Assembly: GCA_965220745.1 (NCBI GenBank)
Contig: CBDCQT010000010.1
Span: 352,001-416,000 of the forward strand
Reading direction: 5' to 3'
Length of the DNA: 64,000 nt
Source: Alphaproteobacteria bacterium
GTDB lineage: Bacteria > Pseudomonadota > Alphaproteobacteria > UBA828
A program made the translations under genes and the position numbers. Below, piece by piece: positions 18,700-28,331 of the stretch. The notes below the pieces were generated by a model. That model made no database searches. It saw only the letters and a program-made list of their open reading frames with translations, and was not told where the DNA came from. Numbering within the stretch: position 1 is the first letter of the stretch; the number at the start of each line of letters is the position of its first letter.

Positions 18700-19893
18700 A
18701 TGACGCGACACGCGGAGATCGCGGGCGGCGGCTTCACCGGGCTCGTCATGGGCGCTGCGCTCGCCCAGGCGGGCTGGACCGTGCGCGTCCACGAACGCAC
18801 GGAGGAGATCCGCGCCTTCGGCGCCGGCATCTGGATCTGGGACAACGGCGTCCGCGTGCTGAAGGCCATCGGCGCGGCCGACGAGGCGCTCGACGGCTGC
18901 ACCGAGGCGCCGACCTACATCAGCTGGGACGCCAAGGGCCGCTACATCGACGAGGTCCCTTTTGCGCCCATCACCAGCACCGATCGCTCACGCATGTTCT
19001 GCATCACCCGCCAGCAACTCCTGAGCGCGATCCTGGGCGCGGCGGAGCGGGCCGGGGTCGAGATTGTCACCGGCTCGACCGCGACCAGCGCGCGGCCCGA
19101 AGGTGTGCTGATCACCGAGGATGGCCGCGATTGGCCGGCGGACCTTGTGATCGGTGCGGACGGCATCAACTCCAAGGTACGGGACTCGCTGGGCCTCCTG
19201 AAGAGCCGCAAGCCCCATGTGGACGGCGCCATCCGGGTGCTCGTACCGCACGAGCCGGGTTACGCCGACACCGAAGAGGGCCGCACCATCCGCGAGTGGT
19301 GGAACGGCTACCGCCGGGTGCTCTACACGCCGTGCACGCGAGAGGTCTTCTATCTGGCGTTCATCATGCTCGCGCGCGATTCCGAGGCATCACGGCTGCC
19401 CTTGCCGAAGAAGCTCTGGACCGAGGCCTTCCCGCACCTCGAATCGATGATCGACCGGGTGCCGGACGAGGGACGCTACGACCGCTTCGAGACGATCAAG
19501 CTCAAGGCCTGGAGCAGGGGCCGGGTGGCGATCGTGGGCGATTCCGCACACGCCATGTCGCCAGGGTTAGGCCAGGGCTGCGGCACGGCGATCTCGAACG
19601 CCCTTTCGCTCGCCAACATGCTGCAGGAATCCGACGACATCGGGCGGGTACTCGCGCGCTGGGAGGCGCGGCAGCGGCCGATCTCCGAGCACACGCAGCT
19701 CTGGTCGACGATCACCTGGCCACTCATCCTTTGGCCCCACTGGGCGGCGCGCTTCTACTACAACATGCCGATCCTGCACCCCTGGATGCTAAAGCAGCGC
19801 CGCAAGCCGTCGGAGTTCTTCGCTTACGGCACCGAAACGCAGGTGCGCTGGATGCCGCCCTACCTGCGCAAAGAGGCCGAAACGGCGGCGTAA
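18700..19893 (+). CDS. FAD-dependent oxygenase, MHPCO-like, copy 2
   Basis: Same length (397 aa); about 48 substitutions versus copy 1 by hand count (about 88% identity). Confidence 0.75.
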   Translation: MTRHAEIAGGGFTGLVMGAALAQAGWTVRVHERTEEIRAFGAGIWIWDNGVRVLKAIGAADEALDGCTEAPTYISWDAKGRYIDEVPFAPITSTDRSRMFCITRQQLLSAILGAAERAGVEIVTGSTATSARPEGVLITEDGRDWPADLVIGADGINSKVRDSLGLLKSRKPHVDGAIRVLVPHEPGYADTEEGRTIREWWNGYRRVLYTPCTREVFYLAFIMLARDSEASRLPLPKKLWTEAFPHLESMIDRVPDEGRYDRFETIKLKAWSRGRVAIVGDSAHAMSPGLGQGCGTAISNALSLANMLQESDDIGRVLARWEARQRPISEHTQLWSTITWPLILWPHWAARFYYNMPILHPWMLKQRRKPSEFFAYGTETQVRWMPPYLRKEAETAA

Positions 19894-19929
19894 GGAGCGC
19901 GGCGCGCAATTCAGTAGGGTCGTATCCGC

Positions 19930-19958
19930 TTGCGTCGTGTAGCGCTACACGTTACAGT
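19930..19958 (+). promoter_or_regulatory. Sigma70 promoter TTGCGT-N17-TACAGT with a 16-bp palindromic operator in the spacer
   Basis: CGTGTAGCGCTACACG (19936-19951) is a perfect palindrome; GTG start lies 6 nt after the -10. Confidence 0.7.
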
Positions 19959-19964
19959 ATTCCC

Positions 19965-20237
19965 GTGAGGATCAGGCACAAGGGCCTGCGCGCGTTGCAC
20001 CAACGGGACGACCCGGCGCGGCTGCCCGCGAACCTGGTCCCCCGGCTTCGGCGCATTCTGTTCCGGCTGCAAGAGGCATCCCATCCGCGCAGCGCCGATG
20101 CCCCCGGCTTCCGCTTGCATCCGCTCATGGGCGACCGGGCGGGCCAATGGAGCGTGCGCGTCACCGGCAATTTGCGGGTGGTGTTTCGCTTCGAGGACGG
20201 CGAAGCCGTCGATGTCGACTTGATCGACTACCACTGA
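19965..20237 (+). CDS. higB: HigB-type RelE/ParE toxin (plasmid maintenance killer family)
   Basis: IRHKGLRAL, PGFRLHPLMGDRAGQWSVRVTGNLRVVFRF, VDLIDYH. Confidence 0.9.
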   Translation: MRIRHKGLRALHQRDDPARLPANLVPRLRRILFRLQEASHPRSADAPGFRLHPLMGDRAGQWSVRVTGNLRVVFRFEDGEAVDVDLIDYH

Positions 20238-20256
20238 TCGGAAGGAGCAACGGCTC

Positions 20257-20571
20257 ATGAGCGACGACAATAGCGATCGTGTGGGGTCCATGCTGAACCC
20301 GCCGCACTTGGGCGAATTGATCCGCGAGAGCATGGACGAGGTCGGCTGGAACGTCACCGAGACCGCGAGCCGCCTGGGCTGCGAGCGCGGCACGTTGTCG
20401 CGGCTGCTCAACGGCAAGGCCGGCCTATCGGCCGCCATGGCGCTGGCCCTGGAAGACATCGGCTGGGGCACCGCCGAGCACTGGATGCGGATGCAGGCGA
20501 GCTACGAGCTGGCGCAAGCGCGACGGGAGCGGGCATCCGCGATTCATAGCGCTACGAGTGGAGCCGCCTGA
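20257..20571 (+). CDS. higA: HigA-family antitoxin (XRE HTH)
   Basis: NPPHLGELIRE, TLSRLLNGK.GLSA.MALAL, WMRMQASYEL. Confidence 0.9.
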   Translation: MSDDNSDRVGSMLNPPHLGELIRESMDEVGWNVTETASRLGCERGTLSRLLNGKAGLSAAMALALEDIGWGTAEHWMRMQASYELAQARRERASAIHSATSGAA

Positions 20572-20597
20572 CTCCGCCGCGCGCCAGGGAGCAAGCG

Positions 20598-22964
20598 TCA
20601 GGCGCGGCGGCGGGCACGGTCGACGCAGGCCAATGCAGCCATGTCGAGGATGGCGTCGGTATCGATCCGGTGCTTGGCGTAGAGCGCCGGGATATCGCCG
20701 GATTCGCCGAAGCCCGTGACACCGAGCGGATAGGCGCGGTGGCCGGCGACGGTGCCGAGCCAGGAGAGTGCGGCCGGGTGGCCGTCCAGCACGGTGACGA
20801 GCGCCGCGTCGGGCGGCAGCCGGCGGAGCAGGGTCTCGGCGTGGGTCGCGGGCGCCGCCTCGCCCCGCGCGCGGACTTGGGTCGCGTCCATCAAGTCGCC
20901 GTAGAGACGGTCGGCCGACGTGACGGCGAGCAGGCCGATGCCCGGTATCTCATCGGCCAGCGCCGCATGGGCCTCCTGCGCCTCGGGCGCGATGGCGCCG
21001 GAAAAGACCAGCGCCAGCGGGGCGTCCGGCGCCGGTTCCGTCAGCCAGTAGCCGCCGGCCAGGATGTCGTGCCGGAGCGCCGCGTCGATCGCGCGCTCGG
21101 GCTGCTCGATGGTGCGGGTGGAGAGGCGGCAGTAGAGGGCGCCGCCGTCCGGCTCCTGCAGGTGGCCGAAGCCCCACAACATGATCTCGGCGACCTCGTC
21201 GGCGAAGGCCGGCTCGAAGGAGATGAGCCCAGGCTGGCCCATGCCGAGCAGCGGCGTGCCGACCGATTGATGTGCGCCACCCTCGGGCGCGAGCGTAATG
21301 CCCGACGGCGTGCCCGCCAGCATGAAGCGCGCATCCTGATAGCAGGCGTAGGTCAGCGCATCGAGGCCGCGCGCGATGAAGGGATCGTACACCGTGCCCA
21401 CCGGCAGCAGCCGGGCGCCAAAGAAGTCGTCGCTAAGCCCGAGAGCGGAGAGCAGGAGGAAGAGGTTGTTCTCCGCGATTCCGAGCTCGATGTGCTGGCC
21501 GTTCCGGCTGAGCGACCACTTCTGCATCGAGACCACCTTCTCGGAGCGGAAGACGTCCTCGCGGTCGGCGCGGTCGAAGATGCCGCGCTGGTTCACCCAG
21601 CCGCCGAGGTTGGTGGAGACCGTGACATCGGGCGAGGTGGTGACGATGCGCTGGGCGAGCGGGCTCTCGCCCTTGCCGAGCTCGTTCAGAATGCGGCCGA
21701 AGGCCTCCTGCGTGGACATGCGGGGGCCGGGGCGGAAGGGCAGCGCGTCGGGCAGCGGCACGGCCGGCGCCGAATGCCGGCCCGGCTTCCGGTTGAAGGG
21801 GACCGCACCGATGAACTGCTCCAGGGTCTCCTCGTCGAGCCCGAGGCCGGCGAAGCGGGACCACTCGGAGCCTTCGTCCACGTGCATCGAGGCCCGGAAG
21901 TCGGCCATCTGCTCTTCGTTCATGATGCCGGCGTGATTGTCCTTGTGGCCGGCGAAGGGCAACCCGAAGCCCTTGATCGTGTACGCGATGAAGCAGTGGG
22001 GAACGTCGGAATCGACCTCGCGCAACGCCTCCAGCACCGCCTCCATGTCGTGGCCCGCGAGGTTGGTCATCAGGTCTTGCAGGCCGTCGTCGTTGTAGTC
22101 CGCGAGCAACGCCTTCATGCCGGCAACGTGGCCGATGTCCTGGGTGAGCCGTTCGCGCCAAGCCGCGCCGCCCTTGAAGGTGAGCGCGCAGTAGAGCTCG
22201 TTGGGGCAGTCGTCGATCCACTGCCGGATCGCCTCGCCGCCGGGCTTCGCGAAGGCGGCCTGCTGGCGACGGCCGTACTTCAGGATCACCACCTGCCAGC
22301 CGACCGCCTGGAAGAAGTCCTTGATCTTCTGGAACAGGCGGTCGGAGACCACACGGTCGAGGCTCTGGCGGTTATAGTCGATGATCCACCAGAGGTTTCG
22401 GACGTCGTGCTTCCAGCCCTCCAGCAGCGCCTCGAAGACGTTGCCCTCGTCGAGCTCGGCATCGCCCATGACGGCGATCATGCGGCCGGGCGGACGCTGG
22501 TCGGGCGCGAGCTTGTGGAAGTGCACGTAGTCCTGGACCATGGAGGCGAACAACGTCATGCCGACCCCGAGCCCGACCGAGCCCGTGGAGATGTCGACGT
22601 CGTCGCTGTCCTTGGTGCGCGACGGGTAGCTCTGGGCGCCGCCGAGGGCCCGGAAATCTTCGAGCTTCGCGCGGGTCTGATTGCCGAAGAGGTACTGGAT
22701 CGCGTGGAACACCGGGCTTGCGTGGGGCTTCACGGCGACCCGGTCGTTCGGCCCGAGCACGTCGAAGTAAAGCGCCGTCATCAGCGTTGCGACCGAGGCG
22801 CACGAGGCTTGGTGGCCACCCACCTTGAGCCCGTCGCGCGCGGGGCGCAGGTGGTTCGCGTTGTGGACCATCCACGACGACAGCCACAGCACCTTGCGCT
22901 CAAGCGCGTTGAGGCAGGCGAGCGTCTCCGGCGCGACGGCCGGCCTGTTCACGAGCTGGCTCAT
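20598..22964 (-). CDS. AceE-type pyruvate dehydrogenase E1 / transketolase-like TPP enzyme
   Basis: KVGGHQAS, STGSVGLG, TPP motif GDAELDEG...YNRQSLD, LAPEGGAHQS. Confidence 0.85.
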   Translation of the reverse strand: MSQLVNRPAVAPETLACLNALERKVLWLSSWMVHNANHLRPARDGLKVGGHQASCASVATLMTALYFDVLGPNDRVAVKPHASPVFHAIQYLFGNQTRAKLEDFRALGGAQSYPSRTKDSDDVDISTGSVGLGVGMTLFASMVQDYVHFHKLAPDQRPPGRMIAVMGDAELDEGNVFEALLEGWKHDVRNLWWIIDYNRQSLDRVVSDRLFQKIKDFFQAVGWQVVILKYGRRQQAAFAKPGGEAIRQWIDDCPNELYCALTFKGGAAWRERLTQDIGHVAGMKALLADYNDDGLQDLMTNLAGHDMEAVLEALREVDSDVPHCFIAYTIKGFGLPFAGHKDNHAGIMNEEQMADFRASMHVDEGSEWSRFAGLGLDEETLEQFIGAVPFNRKPGRHSAPAVPLPDALPFRPGPRMSTQEAFGRILNELGKGESPLAQRIVTTSPDVTVSTNLGGWVNQRGIFDRADREDVFRSEKVVSMQKWSLSRNGQHIELGIAENNLFLLLSALGLSDDFFGARLLPVGTVYDPFIARGLDALTYACYQDARFMLAGTPSGITLAPEGGAHQSVGTPLLGMGQPGLISFEPAFADEVAEIMLWGFGHLQEPDGGALYCRLSTRTIEQPERAIDAALRHDILAGGYWLTEPAPDAPLALVFSGAIAPEAQEAHAALADEIPGIGLLAVTSADRLYGDLMDATQVRARGEAAPATHAETLLRRLPPDAALVTVLDGHPAALSWLGTVAGHRAYPLGVTGFGESGDIPALYAKHRIDTDAILDMAALACVDRARRRA

Positions 22965-23035
22965 AGGGCCTCCCCTGCGCCAAGTCTACCGCAGACGCGC
23001 CGTTGCGGCCATCGCGGCGCCAAAGCATTGATTCA

Positions 23036-23668
23036 ATGAGTAGATCACAACGAGACGAGGAGGCGCGGGAGGCCGCCGCCATCACGCTCGCGGAGTACGA
23101 CCGCATGGCGGAGGCCTATCGCCACGGCACCGCCGATCACGACGTGAGCCAGAACATCGCGGCCCTGCTCGACGCCATCGAGGGTACGCCGCCTTACGCG
23201 ATCCTCGATCTCGGCTGCGGGCCGGGCCGCGACCTGCTGGCCTTCACCGAACTCGGGCACGACGCCACCGGCCTGGACGGCGCGGCGGAGCTGGTCGCGC
23301 TGGCGCGTGCCGAAACCGACTGCACGGTGCTGCTCCAGGACTTTCTCGCGCTCGACCTGCCGGCAGCGCAGTTCGACGGGATCTTCGCCAACGCCTCGCT
23401 CTTCCACGTGCCGAGCAGCCAGATCGCGCGCGTGCTTGGCGAGCTTGCGGCAGCGCTGAAGCCCGGGGGCGTGCTCTTCTGCTCCAATCCGCGCGGGGAT
23501 AACCAGGAAGGCTGGGTCGGCGGGCGCTACGGCTGCTTCTGGGACCTCGCGACCTGGCGCGCCCTCGTCACCGGCGCAGGCTTCGCCGAGCTGCACCACT
23601 ACTACCGACCGCCCGGCCGCCCGCGCCATGAGCAGCCCTGGCTCGCCACCGTCTGGCGCAAGGGCTAG
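23036..23668 (+). CDS. Class I SAM-dependent methyltransferase
   Basis: ILDLGCGPGRD, FDGIFANASLFH, LKPGG. Confidence 0.85.
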   Translation: MSRSQRDEEAREAAAITLAEYDRMAEAYRHGTADHDVSQNIAALLDAIEGTPPYAILDLGCGPGRDLLAFTELGHDATGLDGAAELVALARAETDCTVLLQDFLALDLPAAQFDGIFANASLFHVPSSQIARVLGELAAALKPGGVLFCSNPRGDNQEGWVGGRYGCFWDLATWRALVTGAGFAELHHYYRPPGRPRHEQPWLATVWRKG

Positions 23669-23726
23669 AACCAGTTCCGGAGAGGCGAGATCAGGCCCCC
23701 GCCGCCGACGTCCGGGCGCGACCGGA

Positions 23727-24206
23727 CTAAACAAGCTGCTCAAGCTCTAGCGCTTCGCACACTGTCTTCGGCACACGGTAATCCCACGCCTGTTCGTCAT
23801 CATTCCATCTGTACTCGAAGAACGTGAGGTTCTTGTCGTAGCCCTTTGTCTTCGTGAGGCGTCGGCCAAATGCCCCCAACAGGCCTGCAAACTGCGCGGG
23901 CTTGTAGCCTGTGATGACGTGCAGTTCCGCCCGTGTGAGCCAGCCTGGGTGTGCCTCGTAAAGCGCAATCAGTGCATTCTTCATCGGCGAGGAAAGCCCT
24001 AGACGGGTCAAGGCAAGCCGAGCAAACCGAGTAGTGACCACAGTCGAGTCGCTCTCGGCTGGCTCAGAAGCGGTCTCCGATGGGACGTCTTCATCGGTGA
24101 GTTCGACAGCCGTGATCCGCAGGTCTGTGGCCTCAGACAGTGCCTGCAGTATGCCGCTGATCTCCGTCGAAGTGCCTTCCACCCGAATGTGCATTTCCAT
24201 CATCAT
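23727..24206 (-). CDS. Hypothetical protein, lower GC, possible winged-helix C-terminal domain
   Basis: AAGGAG RBS and AT-rich promoter upstream; codon usage differs from neighbours. Confidence 0.65.
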   Translation of the reverse strand: MMMEMHIRVEGTSTEISGILQALSEATDLRITAVELTDEDVPSETASEPAESDSTVVTTRFARLALTRLGLSSPMKNALIALYEAHPGWLTRAELHVITGYKPAQFAGLLGAFGRRLTKTKGYDKNLTFFEYRWNDDEQAWDYRVPKTVCEALELEQLV

Positions 24207-24252
24207 GTCTCCTTATTTCTATCCACGTGCCTCGTGGCGTGTTAGTTATCTT

Positions 24253-24280
24253 ACATTATTTTACGTTTTCTAAATGTCAA
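24253..24280 (-). promoter_or_regulatory. Sigma70 promoter TTGACA-N16-TAATGT for the 24206 gene
   Basis: Consensus -35 inside a strongly AT-rich patch (about 24207-24290). Confidence 0.5.
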
Positions 24281-24292
24281 GTTGAATCTTGC

Positions 24293-24343
24293 ACGCAGGT
24301 GATCGGCAAGGTGCTGATCGACGTGGAGGCTGGACTGCCCTGA
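24293..24343 (+). pseudogene. 3' remnant of a gene, resembling the C-terminus of an MDR/quinone oxidoreductase
   Basis: GC3-rich codons read TQVIGKVLIDVEAGLP* and start abruptly at the AT-rich boundary. Confidence 0.4.
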
Positions 24344-24355
24344 CCGGAATTCTCA

Positions 24356-24612
24356 CCCCGGACCATGGTGCGGTACACGGCGCGGGCGAGCGGTGCAGAA
24401 TGCCGGCATGAGATGTGCGATCCATTGGCGGTTCCATTCGGACGGCCGAGGTGGTGCGAGCCTTCCGCCGACGCCGCCATTCGCGCTTCGGACGGGCCCG
24501 GTTCACCCCCAAGGTGGTCCGCCATAAGCCAGGGTGGACCGCCGGTTTCGGGCCACTTTGGACCGGAATGGGCCGGATTGGGCCGGAATAGGCCGCCATA
24601 AAATTGTTTCGC
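24356..24612 (+). repeat. Gene-less unit: 57-bp leader shared with the DUF3486 gene plus a 10-bp-phased array ending in AAATTGTTTCGC
   Basis: 24356-24412 matches the reverse complement of 47922-47979 at about 45/58; array GGGCCACTTT GGACCGGAAT GGGCCGGATT GGGCCGGAAT AGGCCGCCAT at 24550-24599. Confidence 0.6.
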
Positions 24613-24707
24613 CCTGTCCGCGCCGGTGCGGCGGCGCTCTCCGGTGGCCGGAGGGCGCGGCGAGGCTTTACAATGAGGCGATCCAATAGACCGGCGGACG
24701 ACGGACC

Positions 24708-25745
24708 ATGATCTTTCGCCAGCTCTATCACATGGCCTCGGGCACCTATACCTACCTGCTGGGCGGGCGCACGGGCGGAGAGGCGCTCATCATCGACCCG
24801 GTGCAGGAGCAGGTGGAGCGCTATCTGACGCTGCTCGACGAGCTCGATCTCACCCTCGCCAAGGTCGTGGATACCCACGTCCACGCGGACCACATCAGCG
24901 GCATGGCGGAGCTCCGCGACCGCACCAAGTGCGTCACCGTGATGGGCCGGGAGGCGCCGGTGGACGTGGTCTCGATGCGGGTGGGCGACGGCGATCCGGT
25001 GGAGATCGAGGGTGTCGGCCTGCGCGCGCTGCACACGCCGGGCCACACGGCCGAGTCCTACAGCTTCGTCATGGAGGACCGCGTCTTCACCGGGGACACG
25101 TTGCTGATCCGGGGAACCGGCCGCACCGACTTCCAGAACGGCGACCCGCTGCAGCAGTACGACTCGCTCTTCGACAAGCTGCTGACTCTGCCCGAGGAGA
25201 CGCTGGTCTACCCTGGCCACGACTACAAGGGCGACACGGTGAGCACTATCGGCGAGGAGAAGCGCTTCAACCCGCGCCTGCAGGTCGCAACGCCCGCCGA
25301 CTACGCTGCGCTGATGAATGGCCTCAACCTCGCCAACCCCAAGATGATGGACGTGGCGGTGCCGGCGAACCTGCGGGTGGGCCGGGGCCAGGCCGACGAC
25401 GCGCACCCCGAGTGCGCCATGACCGCGCAGGAGGTCATGCACGGCCAGCGGCCGGACGACATCCTGGTGGATCTGCGGGAGGAAGGGGAGCGTGGCCGGG
25501 AAGGCGCGATCCCGAACTCGATCCACGCGCCCTACGGCCAGCTCGCCGGCATGATCGGGCCGGGCGGAGCCCTGCGCGCGCTCGCCGGCCGGCCGGGGTA
25601 TCGGCTGGTCTACTACTGCGCCTTCGGCGAGCGCTCGGCGATGGCGGTCGATGCCTCGCGCGAGGGTGGGATCGGCAACGTCTGTCACATGATCGGCGGC
25701 ATCGCCGCCTGGCGCGACGCCGGCGGCACGATCGAAGAGTGTTGA
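24708..25745 (+). CDS. Persulfide dioxygenase (ETHE1-like MBL fold) fused to rhodanese
   Basis: DTHVHADHIS, TPGHT, FTGDTLLIRGTGRTDFQ, YPGHDY; rhodanese loop YCAFGERS. Confidence 0.9.
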   Translation: MIFRQLYHMASGTYTYLLGGRTGGEALIIDPVQEQVERYLTLLDELDLTLAKVVDTHVHADHISGMAELRDRTKCVTVMGREAPVDVVSMRVGDGDPVEIEGVGLRALHTPGHTAESYSFVMEDRVFTGDTLLIRGTGRTDFQNGDPLQQYDSLFDKLLTLPEETLVYPGHDYKGDTVSTIGEEKRFNPRLQVATPADYAALMNGLNLANPKMMDVAVPANLRVGRGQADDAHPECAMTAQEVMHGQRPDDILVDLREEGERGREGAIPNSIHAPYGQLAGMIGPGGALRALAGRPGYRLVYYCAFGERSAMAVDASREGGIGNVCHMIGGIAAWRDAGGTIEEC

Positions 25746-25831
25746 TCCCGCCCGCGACCCGGCGGGGTCCGGCGCTTGCCCCCGACCGCCGCTCCGTGCT
25801 TCCTTCCGGCCCGAGTTAGGGAGAGGGCAGG

Positions 25832-26944
25832 ATGAAGCTCGGCATGTTCATGATGCCGGTGAACGATCACCGGCGGGACACCCACACGGTGCTCAAGGAG
25901 GACGTGGAGATCGCGGTCGCCTGCGACCGCCTCGGCTTCGACGAGTTCTGGATCGGCGAGCACTACACGACGTTGAGCGAGCCGGTGACCTGCCCTTTCA
26001 TGTTCCTCTCCAACCTGATCGCGCGGACGACCCGCATGAAGCTCGGCACCGGCGTGGTCAACTTGCCCCAGCGCCACCCGGTGCAGACCGCCGCCCACGC
26101 CGCGCTGCTGGACCACCTGAGCGAGGGGCGCCTGATCCTGGGCGTGAGCCCGGGCGGGCTGGTCAGCGACTTCGAGATGTTCGGCGTGACCGACCTCCAG
26201 GTCCGCCGCGAGATGGCGGGCGAAGCCATCGAGACCGTGCTCAAGCTCTGGTCCACCGAGCCGCCCTACGACATCCGGGGCAAGTACTGGACGCTGAGGC
26301 TGGAGGACTATCACTGGCCCGACCTCGGCGTCGGCGCCATGATCAAACCCTTCCAGAAGCCGCACCCGCCGCTCGTGGCGTCCGCCATGAGCCCGGATTC
26401 GGGCGGCGTGCGCAGCGCCGCGGCGCGCGGCTGGGGCGTGATCTCAGCCAATTTCGTGCCGGTCTCCACCATCAAGAACCACTGGCAGGGGTTCTCAGAC
26501 GGCTGCGCGCGGAGCGGCCGCGAGCCGGGGCCGGCGGACTGGCGCCTCGCCCGCTCGATCTTCGTCGCAGGCGACGACGCCTGGGCCAAGGCCTACGTGC
26601 GCGACCCCGAAGGGCCGTTCGCCCACTACTACGGCTATCTGGTGACGCTGGTGCGGCGCGCCGCGTTCCACGCCATCATGAAGAGCGGGCCCGAGATGGC
26701 GGACGAGGACGTGACGCCCGAATACGCCTGCGACGCTTTCTCCATCGCCGGCGACCCGGACTCGGTGGCCGAGGAGATCCTCGCGCTGCGCGAGGAGGTG
26801 GGGCCATTCGGCACCATCCTGATGACCGCGACCGACTGCCTGAACGAGACCCACAAGGCGCACCAGCTGACCTCGATGCGGCTCATGGCCGACGAGGTCG
26901 TCCCCAGGCTCAGGCGCGCGCTCGGCGACCGGGCGGCGGCTTAG
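25832..26944 (+). CDS. LLM-class (luciferase-like) flavin-dependent monooxygenase
   Basis: GFDEFWIGEH, KLGTGVVNLP, LDHLSEGR, PFQKPHPP. Confidence 0.9.
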   Translation: MKLGMFMMPVNDHRRDTHTVLKEDVEIAVACDRLGFDEFWIGEHYTTLSEPVTCPFMFLSNLIARTTRMKLGTGVVNLPQRHPVQTAAHAALLDHLSEGRLILGVSPGGLVSDFEMFGVTDLQVRREMAGEAIETVLKLWSTEPPYDIRGKYWTLRLEDYHWPDLGVGAMIKPFQKPHPPLVASAMSPDSGGVRSAAARGWGVISANFVPVSTIKNHWQGFSDGCARSGREPGPADWRLARSIFVAGDDAWAKAYVRDPEGPFAHYYGYLVTLVRRAAFHAIMKSGPEMADEDVTPEYACDAFSIAGDPDSVAEEILALREEVGPFGTILMTATDCLNETHKAHQLTSMRLMADEVVPRLRRALGDRAAA

Positions 26945-26967
26945 GGCGCAGCGGGGGACCCGCGCAC

Positions 26968-27627
26968 GTGCGGACGCGGGTCAAGATCTGCTGCATCTCC
27001 AGCGTGGCGGAGGCGGAGGCCGCCGTCGCCGCAGGCGCCGATGCCATCGGGCTGGTCTCGGCAATGCCGAGCGGGCCAGGGGTGATCGGAGAAGACCTGA
27101 TCGGGGAGATCGCCGCCGCCGCGCCGCCGGCCCTGGGCACCTTCCTGCTCACGTCCAAGACGGAGCCCGCCGCCATCGTCGCCCAGCAGCGGCGCTGCGG
27201 GGTCAACACGATCCAGCTCTGCGACACGCTCGATGCCAGCGCCTACCCGGCATTGCGCGAGGCGCTGCCCGGCATCGCGCTGGTGCAGGTGATCCACGTG
27301 CGGGACGAGAGCGCAGTGGCGGAGGCCGTTGGTATCGCCCCCGTGGTGGACGGGCTGCTGCTCGATTCCGGCAATCCGAGCGCCCCGGTGAAGGAGCTGG
27401 GCGGCACCGGGCGGGTCCACGACTGGGCGCTCAGCCGGCGCATCGTGGCGGAAGCCCCCTGCCCCGTCTTCCTCGCCGGCGGGCTCAACGCCGGCAACGT
27501 GGCCGACGCGATCCGCGCGGTGCGCCCCTACGGGGTCGATCTCTGCACCGGCGTTCGCACCGATGGCGCCCTCGATGCCGCGAAGCTCGGCGCCTTCATG
27601 GGCGCGGTGGCTGCAGCGGACGCATGA
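26968..27627 (+). CDS. trpF: Phosphoribosylanthranilate isomerase family (TrpF-like)
   Basis: VKICCI, LLLDSG, GGTGRVHDW, LAGGLNAGNV, GVDLCTGV. Confidence 0.8.
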   Translation: MRTRVKICCISSVAEAEAAVAAGADAIGLVSAMPSGPGVIGEDLIGEIAAAAPPALGTFLLTSKTEPAAIVAQQRRCGVNTIQLCDTLDASAYPALREALPGIALVQVIHVRDESAVAEAVGIAPVVDGLLLDSGNPSAPVKELGGTGRVHDWALSRRIVAEAPCPVFLAGGLNAGNVADAIRAVRPYGVDLCTGVRTDGALDAAKLGAFMGAVAAADA

Positions 27628-27718
27628 GCCCGACTCCCAAGTTCGCGCAAAAGCACGTATTGATGGATCAACAGTCACAGTCGCGGCCATTCGAACGGCC
27701 GCCAGAGGGAGATGGACC

Positions 27719-28249
<531 letters not shown>

Positions 28250-28331
28250 GGCGCGGTGACAGACATCGCGCTGTGGCTAGGCTAGGCTGGGCGCAATCGG
28301 GACACGCACCAAAATCCAAGGGAGATACCCA

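Noticed and set aside
19131-20237. 368-aa ORF suggesting an oxygenase-toxin fusion
   Set aside because: Its N-terminal part is an alternative frame of oxygenase copy 2; the toxin starts at GTG 19965 behind its own promoter
20670-23039. 789-aa ORF on the + strand
   Set aside because: Antisense shadow of the AceE-like gene; no motifs; typical of high-GC DNA
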